Assembly (NCBI RefSeq): GCF_009834535.1 | Contig: NC_045698.1 | Span: 107,694,001 to 107,758,000, forward strand | Origin: Camelus ferus | Taxonomy: Eukaryota | Direction: 5' to 3' | Length of the DNA stretch: 64,000 nucleotides | Shown: one piece after another, positions 61,977 to 64,000 of the stretch | Numbering within the stretch: position 1 is the stretch's first letter | Layout of the letters: each line of letters begins with the position of its first letter | Translations under genes and position numbers: made by a program | Notes under the pieces: generated by a model | Database searches by the model: none | What the model was told of the DNA's origin: nothing | Seen by the model: the letters and a program-made list of their open reading frames with translations, nothing else

Positions 61977-64000
61977 TGTTCTGGTTATCTAATGCTACAT
62001 AAAAAATTACCCTCAAAATTCATGATGTAAAACAATCATGTTGCACTCATAAATTCTGTGGGTCAGGAATTCAGACGTGGTACATCAGAGATGGCTTGTC
62101 TCTGCTTTCTTGATGTCTGGGGCCTTGGATGGAAGACTTAAAAGTTAGGAGCTAGAATCATTTGTAGATGTGTTTGCTCATAAGTCCTGGTGGTTGATGC
62201 TAGCTGTTGGCTGGGGGTCGCAGTTACTCTCCATGTAGGCTTCTTTGCATGGACTGGTTTGGCTTCTTCGTGGAATGGTGGCTGGCTCCTCCAGAACAAA
62301 CATTCCAAGTAAAGAGACCATGTGGAAACCGATCCTTTTCAGAAGTCACATGGCATTGTTGTCAGCATACTTTGCTGGTTTTAGCAGTCACAAGAGAGTC
62401 AAGGTCCAAGGAGAAAAATTCCATCTATATTTTGATGGAGATAAGCAAGGTTGAAGAGCATATGGGATCTGAAATACTGTTAGTATTTTTGAAAAATATA
62501 TTCTGCCACAGTCAACCCTCTGGCTACAGTGATTCACATCCTTCCCACATGCTTGCAAAATACACTAACCTCTCCATCCTCACCTTCCCACCAAAGCCTC
62601 ATCCCATTGTAGGATTGCTGTGGAGTCCAGGCTCATACTGCTTGCCACACGACAGGCCAATAAATTGAGAGACAGAGTGTTGGGGTAAGGAATAGCAACT
62701 TTATTCAGAAAGCCAGCAGACTGAGAACATGGTGGATTGGTGCCCCAAAGAACTATTTTATCTGAGCTACAATTCAGGCTTTTATACCAAAAGAGCAAGA
62801 AGTGTGGCTGGTTTTTGCAAACTTCTTGGTTCCAGAATCCTTTGTTCTTGAAACTATCCATGTAGGCTGGTCATAATGTTTCTGTAAATCTCCAACAAGA
62901 CAGTGGTTTTGCAATTTTGTCTCTATGGGAAAGTGTTATACCTTTAAAGGTCCAGCCTGGGAGACAGACCCTTGAGACCCAGGTTATAGGCAGCATTCTT
63001 ACACAAAGGTGCAGAGCCAACACGACAAAGCACAGGCAACAGGTCACTAAGGTTAGAGCTAAAGGAAAAGGTCCAAGGTGGAGTACGTTGGTTCTCTTCT
63101 GTTACCGTATCAGGTTCGGGTTGGAGGTCGAGGATCTCATCCTCTGAAACAACTGTAGGAGAGAATGAGGTTCTTTGAGTGCAGCCTCTCAGTACAGTTT
63201 CTTAGGTACAGTTTCTCTTGATACAAATAGCTGTGATCTATACAGACAGCTGTCTTTCCCATCATACACCCAACACAGCATGGGAGAACTGGCTGAGGAT
63301 AAGTACTAAGGATCCTCTCGTTTAACAGTGCGAGGACGGGGGCGCACAGCAGTTACTGTTCACAGGGATTCTGAGAATCAGTCAGGTGTGTGTCGCCAGT
63401 CCTTTGGGCCTCAGGGTTACTTTCTGAGAATGATTCTCTGTGGACTTGGATCTGACCTCTGTGTCATCCTTTCCTGGATGTTTCCTTCAAAACAGTTACC
63501 TCATAAATGTTAGAAATTTCCTATCTGTCTTATGGGGGTTAACTCCAGCTGACCGAAGTCACAACCGTAAATATCACTGAGATAAGCCCTTATCTATCTT
63601 AGACTTCTTGTTAGGATGCAAAAGGAAAATGCCCTTAAGATTTGTAGAAATCCTACACTTAAACGAAGAGAATCTGTAAGGTGTACCCTTAAGATCCTCA
63701 AATAGACTTTTATCTCTTTGAGATACCACTTTTTTTTTTTTTTTAAGATCTTAGCAAAGGGTTCTAAAGTCACACTTTTGGATTTATCTTCAGATCCTGT
63801 TTTCCTGTGTCCTGGATATGATCTCTACACCAAAGCCATTTATTAATTGAACGTCCCTGACCATCTGGAGAGGGTGGAAATGAGAAATTCCATTATTTCC
63901 AAATCCAGGAAGTCCTGGCTCCTTGGTATTCTCAAGTCCTGTGCTTCGCATTCCTCTGTCTTCTTACATTTGCTGTAGGCTGCTGTGGCAGTCTGGGGCC
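61977..64000 (-). mobile_element. MLT1-type LTR (61977-62510) plus adjoining MLT internal sequence, interrupted by an ERV1 LTR
   Basis: LTR from TGTTCTGGTTATCTAATGCT to TTCTGCCACA, then internal-type GTCAACCCTCTGGC...CCAAAGCCTCATCCCATT, resuming after 63106; right boundary uncertain. Confidence 0.65.
62612..63106 (-). mobile_element. ERV1-type solo LTR nested in MLT internal sequence
   Basis: CTGCTTGCCACACGACAGGCCAATAAATTGAGAGAC...AACTTTATTCAGAAAGCCAGCAGAC pattern; minus-strand AATAAA and TATAAAA; TSD not clearly resolved. Confidence 0.7.

Noticed and set aside
62207-62668. 153-aa ORF
   Set aside because: It starts at TTG and lies in MaLR LTR/internal sequence, with no recognisable domain.

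Overview
Mammalian genomic DNA, very probably from a camelid (alpaca, llama or camel), judged from a tRNA-derived Vic-1-type SINE at 44130-44275. I recognise no intact protein-coding exon, RNA gene, CRISPR array or prokaryote-type system. Most ORFs in the supplied track are chance ORFs or transposon remnants. The window is a mosaic of MIR, L2, L1, MaLR/ERV1 LTRs and hAT/Tigger DNA-transposon fossils, with one 5'-truncated processed RPS3 pseudogene (about 45438-45989) and three N gaps, all in or next to L1 sequence. Most recognisable L1s and LTRs lie on the minus strand, which suggests a long intron of a plus-strand transcription unit, and the first ~300 bp are CpG-enriched unique sequence. The most interesting observations are rearranged L1s (a twin-priming inversion, an ORF1-to-3'-end fusion and a three-segment L1), four solo ERV1-type LTRs within 10 kb, and several candidate regulatory elements. 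I could not identify the host gene and found no convincing evidence of a new biological system. Repeat subfamily names come from my recall of consensus sequences, and most repeat boundaries are approximate.
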